A DNA stretch of 64,000 bases from Eledone cirrhosa (lineage: Eukaryota). Each line of letters starts with the position of its first letter. The first letter of the stretch is position 1. The stretch spans positions 267,034,001 to 267,098,000 of the forward strand of contig OZ024741.1 in the NCBI GenBank assembly GCA_964016885.1. The letters run 5' to 3'. The notes under the pieces are model-generated. The model was not told the DNA's origin. It worked only from the letters and a program-made list of their open reading frames with translations, and ran no database searches. The position numbers were made by a program, and so were the translations under genes. Below, one piece after another: positions 30,700 to 42,911 of this stretch.

Positions 30700-33556
30700 A
30701 AAGTTCTATTAAAAGTTGTTGGGATACAACAAGTAAATATTTTTATAACTGAAATAAAGCACTCGACAAGTTTTTGGAGTAGATATACGATATTAATAAA
30801 TGGAAACTATATTTATAAAACCATATTTATTTCATTATACATATTTCAAGGATACCACATTAAATTATGGTATGCCTTCATCAGACAAAATATAATATAT
30901 AACAGTTTTGCAAATAGCATTGACGTACCCTTTTAAAATACAACCATTACTTTTGGAGGCTGTCTGGATAGTGATTTGTTTACATTGTTTTAATAAGTCA
31001 TAGTGTTAAGCACAATTAGAAAAAGACGGAGAGAAAGAAAAAGAAAAAGACGGAGAGAGAGAGAAGGAAAGAGAAAGAAAACCTAGAGAAATATCGGAGA
31101 GAGAGAGAGTGAAATGTATGGAGAAAAGAAAGAGATAAATAAAGATAGGAGGAAATAAAAAAGAAAAAAGAAAAAAGAAAGAAAAGGAAGAAATAAGAAA
31201 AACAAATGAAAGCAACAGAAAGATATCAAGTCATCATACAGAGTGAAAAACTCAAGAGAGAGAAATATTATATATAGAGAGAGAGAGGGGGGGACAATGC
31301 CAACTTTACGTCATGTCATATTAAGTTGAGTTAACAATTTATATGAAGTGAATAATAAAAATATAACTATCAATATTCATGAATGGGACATAGATATATA
31401 ATATGAGAAATTAAACATTGTTCAATAATGACTATATGTTTAGTTTAGAAACTTGAGATCAAGATTTATTCCGTTGGTGTGGAGAAGTATGACGAGGCAA
31501 TTAAGTTCGGACACATGCAGTGCAACACCCTTGAGAGATGACGGTGGCTGGATAATAGTATAGTTCACAGGTGTTTAATTTTTTAGTCCACCGTTTTAAG
31601 ACAAGCCAGGGTGCGGTGTAAGATATCCTAGTACTATGGTGCTTGGGTATTATCCGGGGTCCGCCTGTAGAACGACTGCTGTAGTCTATGGCAGCAATTG
31701 ATGACGGTTTCGGCTGTTGATGAGATCAGGAGGCGCTTGTATGATATAGTAAAGCTCCATGAGACAGAGCTGGCAGTTCTTCTTGAAGTTGTAGGGTGTT
31801 GCGAGGTTGACAATTTCCCAATAAGTGGAGAAGCTGGTGCTAGCGTCGTTTAAACTGGTCATGTAATTGGCAAGGGATGTAGAATGCCTTACCATCCTAT
31901 TTCTAAAAGAGTGAAGATGTGCTCGAAATCTAGTCTTGAACTAACCAGAAGAGGCCCCTATGTAGCATTTGACGCTATTGTGGCTAGTAGCTATACATTT
32001 GTATATAATACTTCTAGTTAGGCATTGGCCCCGTAGAGGACAGTTATCGGGGTCACGACAATTGCAGTGCTTACTGTGGTCACCGCGAGTCCGGTTGTTG
32101 TTAGTACCCACCGCGATACTATTATTGATATTATTATTATTATCGGGACCACAGCTTCGATTGTGTCGTTAGTATTACCTAAGTTAGGGACGCATAGGGT
32201 AGTACCATGTGTACGCCGTATGTTACCGTGCCTTCTACCGCGGTTGCTCGCACTATTGAGGTCCGTATCGCAGCCCTCGGCCATACTACTCCAGCGGCGA
32301 GCATGCCGGTTAAGGTTTCCACCAACATTGCCGGATGCGGCTAGGGAATCGCTAAGGTTATCCAGTCTGCTGTATTCTCTAAGATTGTCTCTGCTAGGAT
32401 GCTGTGTTAGTGAGCTTGCTGTAGTTACTTATCGCTATGAGGTCAGCTACATTAGGTGTAGTGGAGAAGGATATTTTTACGTTATTCTTATTGAGGATTT
32501 TTATGTATTTATGGTTGGGTGGGAAGTTATTCTCTAAGGCGTCGAAGAAGATTCTAGGTAAGTCGGAGGCCACACTCCAAGAGTAAGGAGGATGGAACCA
32601 GAGGCCATTATGTTGGCGGGGCTGTGGGTTTGCTATGGGCTGCGCTGGCCGGGTGACCCTTCCTGTCATTGCTAATATGTTGCTGCCTGGTGTGCATGGA
32701 GTGTGCGTCATGCCTAGGTGCGCGAGATGTCCGAATGCGGTGGTTCCGTGTCCTCGCAGGCGGATTAGGGGGTGTAGCTAGTAGGCCATTACATTTGTTA
32801 AGCCTGTAAGCGGGGAATAACCCGAGTAGGCTGCCTGTGCTAATGTCAACCGATCCATGACACTTTAGTTGCGGTGAACTGGCTTCCCCACTACCTCTGT
32901 TATTCGCGTGCGGGCCGTATCTATTGTTGCGATTACCTATTCTACTATTAGTTACACTAGTGTGGCTGCGGCGTGGTTTGTTATAGATATGGCTTACTAT
33001 AACACTAGTCCGAGATGAGGGGAGGGGGAGGGGTACACAGTCAGCCTTATGGAGGTAGGAAATCCTACGGTTATGACCTGAATCAGCTAAGGCCCTATTG
33101 TAGTATACAGCAGCTTGGTTGAAGAGATCTTCATTAGCAGAAAGCTGCGAGATTCTATGGGAGATGCTATAGACTATGGAGTTGAGCGTAGACTTAGGGT
33201 GGTTAGAATCGTAATTGATATAGGATAGAACATCACCGGGCTTATGGTATGGTCCGTATGAGCCAGTACTTAATTCTAAGGTAACATCTAGGAAGTTGAC
33301 TATGTGGTGGTTGAGGTCTATAGTTACAGACAGGCCGTACGACTTAAAGAACTTGTGTATACGTTTGTTAAGATTCTTTAGCCTACGGTTCCTAACGGTA
33401 AATAGGGCGTCGTCCCTATACACACCTCCTTGTAGCACAGGGATTTTCATCTCTAAGTCTGTGCAGGAGGTAAATGCTGACCAGGTCCGTAGCTTGCGCC
33501 GAGTCACTGGACCCCATCGTAATATCAAAGTTATCAGGGCGATTGGTTCTAGTCCA
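30700..33556 (-). mobile_element. Penelope-like element (RT YRDD to GIY-YIG, 3' repeat with HHR), decayed
   Basis: GGVYRDDAL, VNFLDVTL, SNHP, WFHPPYS, ISFSTTPN, CQLCLME. Confidence 0.88.
30830..30890 (-). ncRNA. Minimal hammerhead ribozyme, family G
   Basis: TTTTGT-CTGATGA-AGGcATACCA..TGGTATcCTT-GAAA-TATGTA-TA-ATGAAA; lies ~800 bp downstream of the minus-strand PLE ORF ending near 31690. Confidence 0.8.
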
Positions 33557-33656
33557 ATATATATATATATATATATATAACGAAGGAAATGTGGTAAGGA
33601 ACCAGATGGACCATAACGCACCAAAGTACCCAATACTTAGGGTAGTAGAGTGGGTA

Positions 33657-33775
33657 ATAGGAACGAGTAGGACCCCGACGGCTGAGCTCAAGCCGTTTCG
33701 ACGGCTAATTCTGGAGTCCAGAATTAGTCGTCGAAACGGCTTGAGCTCAGCCGTCGGGGTCCTACTCGTTCCTAT
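33657..33775. repeat. Near-perfect 119-bp palindrome containing the 3' half of an HHR
   Basis: Arms symmetric about ~33716; GAAA-CGGCT tgagctc AGCCG-TC-GGGGTCC at 33733-33762. Confidence 0.85.
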
Positions 33776-33877
33776 ATATATATATATATATAAATTCAGC
33801 GAGAATCGTATTTCGGCTGGTAGAAAAAGCAAAACGAAACGCAAAATCGTAGAAATCCATATATATATATATATATA

Positions 33878-34518
33878 TGAAAAAATGGGGAGAAGAATAC
33901 TGCAGGTTGCACATGGATAACATGTAATAAAATAAGTCCCTCATCAGTGATTTGCCGACGATCATAGATATTTCATTGCATTAAAAATCATATACCTCAC
34001 GTCGGTGCAATAATAACTAAATTAAGTTATTAGGACAATTAAAACGCGTAAAGCGAGTGAAACAAGATAACAACAAAGAGGAGAGCTAACCGTAGAAGGA
34101 AGGGAACAAGCTTCATAGTTATTCTGTTAGCATAAGCTAGGTGAATATATGAGCGCTTAGAAAAAAGACCTTTCGGGAACGAATTCAAATGTGAGAAAGA
34201 GAGAAAATGTTTTCGTCGCGAACGGGGTAAAGTGAGAAGAGGAGAAACAGTGAGTGAGTGAGTGAGTGGAAGGAAGAGTTAACTGACATGACAGAGGGGC
34301 GAAAGAAAGTAGGAGAAACAGAGAGAACGAGGGAGCAGTAAGAGAGAGAGAGAGAAAAAAACAGAATCGCAGTTTAGGTAAATATATGTGAAAAAATGGG
34401 GAGAAGAATACTGCAGGTTGCACATGGATAACATGTAATAAAATAAGTCCCTCATCAGTGATTTGCCGACGATCATAGATATTTCATTGCATTAAAAATC
34501 ATATACCTCACGTCGGTG

Positions 34519-34522
<4 letters not shown>
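33878..34522 (-). mobile_element. Family L ORF-less repeat, ~1.25 monomers (~513-bp period)
   Basis: AAAAATGGGGAGAAGAATACTGCAGG occurs twice; homologous to 6195-6790. Confidence 0.78.
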
Positions 34523-34554
<32 letters not shown>

Positions 34555-34692
34555 ATACTTTGGTATAACAATATCGGTTTCAACACACGATTTCAGATAA
34601 AGAATCTTGCTAAACAAATTCAGAAACTAAATATATATATATAAATGAAAAGTATAGAAATTGTTGTAGCGAGAAGCTAACAGTATTCCATT

Positions 34693-34820
<128 letters not shown>

Positions 34821-35427
34821 AAATGGGGAGAAGAATACTGCATGGTTGCACATGGATAACATGTTATAAAATGAGTCCCTCATCAGTTGCCCTTAATATA
34901 ATCTGATTAAGCGTTAGAGATGTTCTGGAGTGATCTCTTTTTATTAAGATGTTAAATTTTTCGAGTTGGTGTGATTATGTCTAACGGTTTAAATTCCTCA
35001 TCTACATTTAAACATTACCAGAACAATTACCACATTACATCCACCATAAACTCACATAGAAACTGTTTTAAATATAGTTATCTCACTACATATACATATC
35101 TTAATACTTCATTTTTTTTTTGTAATTCCCAACAGCTTTACTACTGCTTAGATTGTTTACTTAATTATTTATCTGATCCACTCTCAACGCATACATCACG
35201 AAACTCTGTATATGTATACTAACACAAGTTGCTTCACAATGTTCACCTAATATTATACCCATGCATTCCTGACTGCTTAATATGTTCATCCTATTACACC
35301 TATATTTTGTGATATCTTTGCCATTGAGCTATTTTTCATACTGGTAATAAGGTGGTAAAAAATATAAAATACTGACCTTTCCTGTTTATAACTAAATATA
35401 TATAGTTTATATATAAGTATAAATAAT

Positions 35428-35815
35428 CGTTTCTACTTTAGGCACAAGGCCAGCAATTACCCCAGTGCATTACTGGTACTTTATTTTATCGACCCCGTAA
35501 GGATGAAAGGCAAAGTCAACCTCGGCGGGATTTGAACTCAGATCGTAAAGGGACGTACCGATACTGCCAATCCAAGTATAAATAATATTCAGTAATATAC
35601 TGGGTAATTGCTGGTCTTGTGCCAAAAGTAGAAACAATTATTATTATTGGCAGTATCGGCAGATGGTCGGAAGCCATGCTTTCCAGCATAGTTACGTCCC
35701 TTTACGATCTGAGTGCAAATTCCGCCGAGGTTGACTTTGCTTTTCATCCTTACGGGGTCGATAAAATAAAGTACCAACTGGATAATTGCTGGCCTTGTGC
35801 CTAAAGTAGAAACAA
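35428..35815. mobile_element. Two tRNA-derived SINE copies in inverted orientation
   Basis: Box-B-like GAGTTCAAATCCCGCCGAGG followed by TTGACTTTGCCTTTCATCC; same family as 62840-63910. Confidence 0.75.
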
Positions 35816-35822
35816 TTATTAT

Positions 35823-35869
<47 letters not shown>

Positions 35870-36224
35870 CAGTTGGGGGGGCATTATGTGTTTGAATGCT
35901 TACATGACTAGTGTGAATACTGAACTAGCTGTAGTCGCACTTGTTACGTAAAGGAAGTGAACTTCGCCCTATTTTTTTTGTTTGTTAATTTTATTAATCG
36001 CTTTAGTTACTTGTATTGTTTAGTTAGCACATATAGCCGTAGTTTTTACTAAGTATATCTTTGATTTATTTACCAAATAGGATATAACTTAGAATATATA
36101 TTACATAATATATACACTTGCTCAATATTTAGTCGTTACTTTTGACGTTAATTCCAGTTTAACAGGTAATTACGTTAACTTTTTTCTTTCGACCGTCGCT
36201 CACACACACACACACACACACTCA

Positions 36225-37045
36225 CGGGCGACAACATGCTCGGAGAGACTCTCGGCGTCGAAGATGACGAACTCACCAGTCTGTTTGGTAGGACTTTCCG
36301 CCCGGGACCTATGGACAACTTCCAGAGGTCCCTGGCCTGGCAGTGCTACCGAGGAGCTCTACCAGTTCGAGACAAGTTCTACAGGCACGGACGCCCCGGC
36401 AGGGATCCTTCCAAGAGGATATACATTGAAACCGTCTTGCACGCAATTGTACACTGCCCGGGCGTAACCGACCTGTGGAACTACGCAGAACAACTGCTGT
36501 CCCGTATGGGACAAATCCAGTTGACTGCCGAGTCCATAGTAAGGATCAAACCGCCAACCTCTTGCGGTTTTCCTCTGTATAGTGGCTATGGCGAAAGAGG
36601 TTATATGGTGGACGAGATTGAGAGGACTGAGAACAGATGCCTTTATCTCCGGGCAACAACTCATTCCCTTCTTTAGGTACTACTTTAGAAGGAGAATCAG
36701 AGAGGAGAGAGAGGCATTGCACCCCAGTAAATTTACTGAAAGGTGGATGAATGTGGCAAAAATGGCCCGAGTGATTGGGCCTTCTCTGTATATAAACCTG
36801 TATGTTGAAGAAGAGAGCAAAAGGAAGAAAGGAGCACTTGCACAACACGCTCCTGAAGTTGAGGGTTGTTCTATCGACGGGGTATTAAACAACCCATTTG
36901 TGGCGCCTCCCACCTATTGGGGATTTCGATTGTTTAATTTGTTTGTTTCAATATTTTTACATAACTGTATGTAAAATCCCCGGCATGTATCTTTGTTTTG
37001 TCCCCTTTTCTTGTGCGCCCTTTTGGCAAATAAAAAATATATCTA
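36225..37045 (+). mobile_element. L1/Tx1-clade LINE 3' fragment (zf-RVT region, 3' UTR)
   Basis: LAWQCYRGALPVRDK..ETVLHAIVHCP..LWNY; ends AATAAAAAAT; begins next to (CA)n. Confidence 0.75.
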
Positions 37046-37239
37046 TCTATCTCACACACACAAATATGTATGTTGCATGTGTTTATTAGTTTATAGTTTG
37101 GTGTCGTAAGAAAGTTGAAAATAGGTAAAATCCGAAGAGAAAACCTGGCCATTTCAACTTGACACTTCGTTGTCGGAAGTCAATTTGAAACGGCTGGGAT
37201 TTTACTAATTAGTAGTTACTAATTACTATACTTATAGTG

Positions 37240-37500
37240 CACGTGGCCTAGTGGCAAGAGTGTTGGACTTATGACCATAACGTCGTGGGTTCAGTTCCTA
37301 GACTGGGTTGTATGTTGTGTTCTTGAGCAAAGCAATTTATTTCCTGTTACTCCAGTATACTCAACTGAAAATGAGTACCAGCAATAGCCGGAAGTTTAAC
37401 CCTGTGATGGTCTGTCGTCCTGTCCAGTGGGGAGTATTGTGCGCTAAGTCGCTTAACGCCACGGAAACCGAGGGGATAAGCACCGGGCTTGAGACAGACA
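37240..37500 (+). mobile_element. tRNA-derived SINE
   Basis: Box A TGGCCTAGTGG, box B GGTTCAGTTCC, then TGTGTTCTTGAGCAA..AAATGAGTACC central domain. Confidence 0.75.
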
Positions 37501-37852
37501 TTAGACTTAGATACTTATAGTCAGTGTCCTATCACTTGTTACAATTCCCTTGTAATGTCTGTCTTTCGTGAGGTTCAGCATCCCAACATCAGCTTTTATC
37601 ACTTCTGTTCATGTCTTCTTTGGTCTTCTCCTTCCACGGCTTCCTTCCTTCTGGATACATTTATTTCTGTTTGTGCGTGTGTATCACGGTTCAACAAAAA
37701 GACATCGATAAAATAAGTAGTGGGTTCGTACGCTTGATTTCTTCATTTAAAGCTGTTCTCCTCATGGTTACAGTTAAGTGACCGAAACCAGTTAAATAGT
37801 AAAAGAATAAATAACTGTAAATGACCAGGTAGACCAGACACTGAACTGTAAA

Positions 37853-38725
37853 TAATAATAATAATAATGATAATGAAATTATTGTATACAGTGTTCAGAT
37901 GCACTACAGCTCATCAAAGGTGCATGTAAAGTACATAGAATAATGTACAAATGTCATGAAAGTGAACAGTGTATGAGTCATGATATACATGTGTGGGTGT
38001 GTATGGAGGAGAGAAATCAGGTGTAGTGTTGGCGAATTTCAGGAAGCATGGAGGTTTTAAAGGATTCAGTGTCTCAGCAGCTAACAACTGATGAAAGTAG
38101 TTTGTTTCAGCAACTCTGAGCGGGAAAAAAATATTTCCGAAAGTCATGGGAGATGTGCTGTTTTCTGATTTGTGGGCATGCCCATGTGTGTTGGACACAT
38201 GGAATTCAAAAAGGTGCTCAGGGTTGTTGTTGGCAAGATGGTTAATAATTTTGTGGACGTTTACAAAGTCAATTACCAGACATCAATGTATCCATGCCCA
38301 GGGAAGCAAGCTGTTCAGAGTATGGTAAATGCCTGATGGAGGGTATTTACTTGGTTGCACGACTCTGAACAGTTTCAAGGAGGTAAATGTTCTGAGCAAG
38401 ATAGGAGTTCCAGACTGGTGAGGCAAAGTGTGGCTGCACCACAACAATATACAGCTTTAAATAGATAGTTGTGGAGAAGCTGATAAAGGTCTTGCTGAAT
38501 GATGCCAAGACACCCTCGGCCTTCTTGACAATTTTAGACATGTGCTTTGTCCAACGTAAATCACTGTTGACAATAATGCTCAGGTCAGGTTCACGAGAAG
38601 ACTTCTTGAGATTGGTGTTGTGGAGGGAGTATGTGAAAGCTGGGTTTTTCTTCCCAAAATGCATGGTGATACACGTCTCCACAGCCAGCTACAGTTGCCA
38701 GTCCGTAATCCATTACTGCATTGTG
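37853..38725 (-). mobile_element. CR1-group LINE 3' fragment with (ATT)n tail
   Basis: TCITMHFGKKN..DLSIIVNSDLRW..ASPVWNSY..LETVQSRATK. Confidence 0.8.
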
Positions 38726-38746
38726 TCATTTCAGATTTGAGAAGTC

Positions 38747-38842
38747 ATGGCCATCTCCCAGGAGATTTGTGATATGATTGAGAAAGAGGTAGATGCTGGT
38801 CAACTTTTGAGTGAACTGAAAATCATCAACAAAATGACCAAA
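38747..38842 (+). CDS. MAVS-like gene, coding exon 1 (CARD-like N-part)
   Basis: Acceptor TTTCAG at 38734, GTCATGG start with upstream in-frame stop, 32 codons MAISQEICDMIEKEVDAGQLLSELKIINKMTK, donor GTAAGT (phase 0). Confidence 0.8.
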
Positions 38843-39114
38843 GTAAGTTTTAATATATCATCAACATTGTTTACATCTGTTTCTCTATTTCAAATAACAT
38901 TTTAATGTTACTGATTATTAGTGATTTTGTTTAGCCAAGGTCAGCCATGATCCAGGGGACCTATGATCTAAGGCTTTCTAACTGTGACCATCCCAACTTT
39001 ATTTACACAATCGATTATCAGTTGGCTTTGATGATGAGCATTCACTTATCCAGTCATCTGAATGTCCAGCTCATGAGTTAACATGTAAGTAGTTGAGTAT
39101 TCCACAGATTATAG

Positions 39115-39420
39115 TTATCAGCACTACCACTTTACAGAGTGTACTGGGTGTATTTTATCATGGTATCAGCACTACCACTTTACAGAGTGTACCGGGTATA
39201 TTTTATCATGGCACCAGCACTATCACTTTACAGAATGTACTGGGTGTATTTTACCATGGCACCATTAGTAGCACTTTACAGAGGGTACTAGATGTGTTTT
39301 ATCATGACACCAAAACTACCACTTTATCGAGTGTAGTGGATGTATTATATCATGGCACCGGTACTACCACTTTACAGAATTTACTGGGTGTATTTTATCA
39401 TGACACCAGCACTACCACTT
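39115..39420. repeat. ~48-bp minisatellite, ~6 copies
   Basis: CAGCACTACCACTTTACAGAGTGTACTGGGTGTATTTTATCATGG units. Confidence 0.9.
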
Positions 39421-39462
39421 TATTTTTTTTTAATTTATTTTTTTTTATTTTCTTTTTTTCAG

Positions 39463-39628
39463 GAGGAACTCGAGTGTTTCATTCTGAAGCATGGTAGTAC
39501 ACTTGGTATGAAGAAGATTTTAGAGAAGCTCCCTAAATATGACGATTGGCAGAAAAGTTTGATATTAGCACTCTCATCAGAAAACATAGGAAAGCCTAAA
39601 ATAGCAAAGAAATTTGCTAAGACAGTCA
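39463..39628 (+). CDS. MAVS-like gene, coding exon 2 (CARD-like C-part)
   Basis: Long polypyrimidine tract + CAG; EELECFILKHGSTLGMKKILEKLPKYDDWQKSLILALSSENIGKPKIAKKF; donor GTAAGT, phase 1. Confidence 0.85.
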
Positions 39629-39705
39629 GTAAGTATGGTCATGTGAGGCACATGGTCCTATGAGGTTATAGTAAATGGCAAATGGTCATGATACTGTGTA
39701 GAGCA

Positions 39706-40800
39706 GAGTTTCCCAAACTTTTTCAGGTTGGCGCCCCCTTGGCTTCCAGATAGATTCCTAGCGCCCCCTCTCCCAATATACACATGCGAGCTTTTTTTTC
39801 CAAAGTGAAAACAACAATATTAAACACAAAATATGTATTTCAAAAATAATAATTAATTCAATAAACCATTTTATTTGGTCTTCACAATTACCCCAATACA
39901 CACATGCAAGCCTATTTTTGTTTGTTTCAAACTGAAAACAACAATATTAAACACAAAATATGTATTGAAAAATACTAATTAATTTAATAAACCATTTTAT
40001 TTAGTTTTCACAATTACTTCTAATGGGATGGGTGTACTTGGTGTAGGGATATTAGTTTCTCCACATTAGGCTGGAACTCACTAAGAAGAAGTCGTAGATC
40101 CCCACGTTCGGTAATTTTAAGTCTGTTCCTTTGCTTGGAATGAAGCAAGGCAACTGCACTGAAGCCCCGTTCTACCAAATATGATGTTGGAAAGGCAATA
40201 AAATATATCTTCACCTTGTTCCATAATACTGGATAGAAGTCAGAGATTTTGTTTTGTAAGCAAAAATCTTGATATGATTTCTTGAACTTTGGCCTAAGCT
40301 CAATGTCGTTTTGGATTTAAACTAATTCTTCCTCTGCCTCTCCTGTTTCCTCACTGCTGACATCTAAGAATGGATTGATTACCCAGTCTGGTATTTTAAG
40401 CAATAAAAGATCCTGAAATCTTTCAGACATGTCTCTTTGCAACTCTTCCAGGTGAGCACAATACACTTGAAGGTCATCATCTGATATGCTCTTCTCTTGA
40501 TCCAATTCAGAAAGGCTTGGAAACTGGTAGAGTTCATGACGGGCTAAGTTTCATTTGAATAACTTACACTTAGACAGGAAGGTGGAGATAGTAAATTTGA
40601 CTTTGATAAGGTTGACATCATTTCCTTGCAACTGCAAATTAATTTCATTGAACTTTGTGAATATATCTGACAAATAAGATCATCACAGAGCCCAGAGTTA
40701 GAGTCTTGGAAAAATTCTACAACTGTATCAAACAGTGAATTCTACAACTGTATCAAACGTTTCAGGAAGTTTCCCTTTGACAGCCATCTAACTGTTATAC
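39706..40800 (-). mobile_element. hAT (Charlie/Buster-like) transposon 3' fragment
   Basis: TIR-like CAGAGTTTCCCAAACTTTT at 39706; FPTSYLVERGFSAV..RNRL..GDLRLLLS..QVHPSH* and ERFQDL..PDWVINPF. Confidence 0.85.
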
Positions 40801-41169
40801 AATGCAGTGCCAAGGGAAGCACTTCATAAAAGAATATCAGCGTCCTAAAGATTAAAATACCAATTCCTTATCCATGTTTTATCATTCATGCATTGTACAT
40901 CCAATGTCTACCTTATATATATATATATATATATATACCATAATCTACCTTATATATATATATCATTTCATCATCATCATCATTTCATTTTACGTCCGCT
41001 TTTCCCTGCTTGCAAGGGTGGGACGGGAACTGATTCTGGCTTGATTTCTACAGCTGGATGCCCTTCCTAACACCAACCTCATTTACAGTGGGTGCTGGGT
41101 GCTTTTTTGCTGTGGCACCTCCACGACCACTTTGCAGTGGAATGATATGGACCCTAGTCCCTATCATCT

Positions 41170-41310
41170 CATTTCTACAGCTGAGTAAACTGGAGCAATG
41201 TGAAATAAAGTGTCTTGCTCAAGGAAACAACACATCACCCAGTCTGAGAATTGAACTCACAACCTTTCGATTGCAAGGCCAATGCTCTAACCACTAAGAC
41301 ATGTGCCTCC
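41170..41310 (-). mobile_element. tRNA-derived SINE
   Basis: Minus strand: TCTTAGTGGTTAGAGC..GAGTTCAATTCTC..TTCCTTGAGCAAGACAC. Confidence 0.75.
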
Positions 41311-41334
41311 ATATATATATATATACATATATAC

Positions 41335-41367
<33 letters not shown>

Positions 41368-41483
41368 CATATATATAAGTATTGAAATTTCCGTTGGAAA
41401 CAGAAAAGGTAATAGAAATGACGAGTGCTCTATGTAAGTGCCAGAGCTAAATTTAATGTATAAAAATCAATACAATATAATTA

Positions 41484-41553
41484 CCTCATTACCAGAGGTT
41501 TCCCGAATGAGGCGAATACGAAATAAACGACTTCATTCGTTCGTCAGACGAGG
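41484..41553 (-). ncRNA. Type I hammerhead ribozyme, family H (left arm of palindrome)
   Basis: Exact reverse complement of 41882-41951. Confidence 0.82.
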
Positions 41554-41881
41554 CAATATAAAACATGGGTAAATACTTAGAAAAACTCATCAAGAAAATC
41601 AAAAAAAGATATAGACAAATGAAATAGAAATTGAAATATATAAAAATCTATCAAGAAATATAGTTAGGTGTGTGTATATGTATGTATATACGCACAACTA
41701 TACGTATACATGTGTGCATATACATATATGCACATCTGTGTGCGTATATACATACACATACACACACCTAACTATATTTCTTGATAGATTTTTATATATT
41801 TCAATTTCTATTTCATTTGTCTATATCTTTTTTTGATTTTCTTGATGAGTTTTTCTAAGTATTTACCCATGTTTTATATTG

Positions 41882-41951
41882 CCTCGTCTGACGAACGAAT
41901 GAAGTCGTTTATTTCGTATTCGCCTCATTCGGGAAACCTCTGGTAATGAGG
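41882..41951 (+). ncRNA. Type I hammerhead ribozyme, family H (right arm of palindrome)
   Basis: CCTCGT-CTGACGA-a-CGAATGA..TCATTCG-g-GAAA-CC tct GG-TA-ATGAGG. Confidence 0.82.
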
Positions 41952-42008
41952 TAATTATATTGTATTGATTTTTATACATTATATACATATATATACATAT
42001 ATACATAT

Positions 42009-42242
<234 letters not shown>

Positions 42243-42483
42243 AATGGCGAAAGACAGTTCAGAATTAAATCCAATTTGTAAATTTCCAATCATCATAGTA
42301 TTACAAATAAATAACTGCAGTTCAATACATTATTTAATTGATTTCCATATGTTTCATTCAAATACAGAAGGAGGTAGCATTTAATACTTTTGTACAGAAA
42401 TCGCCAGAATCATTAGATAATATAAAAAAGATATTTATTTACCGACCCTATGTTATTGTGACTCCAGACACAAGGATTTGGTA

Positions 42484-42602
42484 ATGGTGGTGGTGGTGGT
42501 GGTGGTCGTGGTGGTGGTGGTGGTGGTAATAGTGGTGATGGTGGTGGTGGTGGTGGTGATGGTGGTGGTGGTCATGGTGGTGGTGGTGGTGGTGGTGGTG
42601 GT
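42484..42602. repeat. (GTG)n microsatellite
   Basis: Direct inspection. Confidence 0.95.
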
Positions 42603-42736
42603 TTGTATTGAATTTTGTTTCTCTTTGCACAGCCAATCCTATGAGATATATATATACAGTTGTGGGTAGTGGATACAAATGAAAGAAAAGTGTGCAATCA
42701 ACACATAATCTAGAAGTTCAATATTAAGCATATATA

Positions 42737-42839
42737 CAGGCTGTCCCTCCAAAAAATGTATACATGCTTTGATTACCTGTACAGGCAATATTTATTAGAA
42801 TGTTGTTGAAGTGTGTATACATTTTTTAGCACACCCTGT
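42737..42839. mobile_element. Tc1/mariner-type MITE remnant
   Basis: Imperfect TIRs CAGGCTGTCCC..AAAAAATGTATACA / TGTATACATTTTTT..CACCCTG, with TA on the left flank. Confidence 0.6.
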
Positions 42840-42844
42840 GTATG

Positions 42845-42909
<65 letters not shown>

Positions 42910-42911
<2 letters not shown>

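Noticed and set aside
37240-37320. tRNA-like A/B boxes (also 41230-41310, 55655-55720)
   Set aside because: No complete cloverleaf and followed by a SINE body; these are SINE heads, not tRNA genes.
39115-39420. Regular repeats resembling a CRISPR array (also 46720-46995)
   Set aside because: Contiguous tandem units without unique spacers, in a eukaryotic context.
42340-42422. Possible minus-strand HHR (CTAATGA..GAAA-CATATG)
   Set aside because: G5 and U16.1 positions are mutated and stem I is unconvincing.
42448-42678. Poly-His / poly-Val ORFs
   Set aside because: (GTG)n microsatellite.
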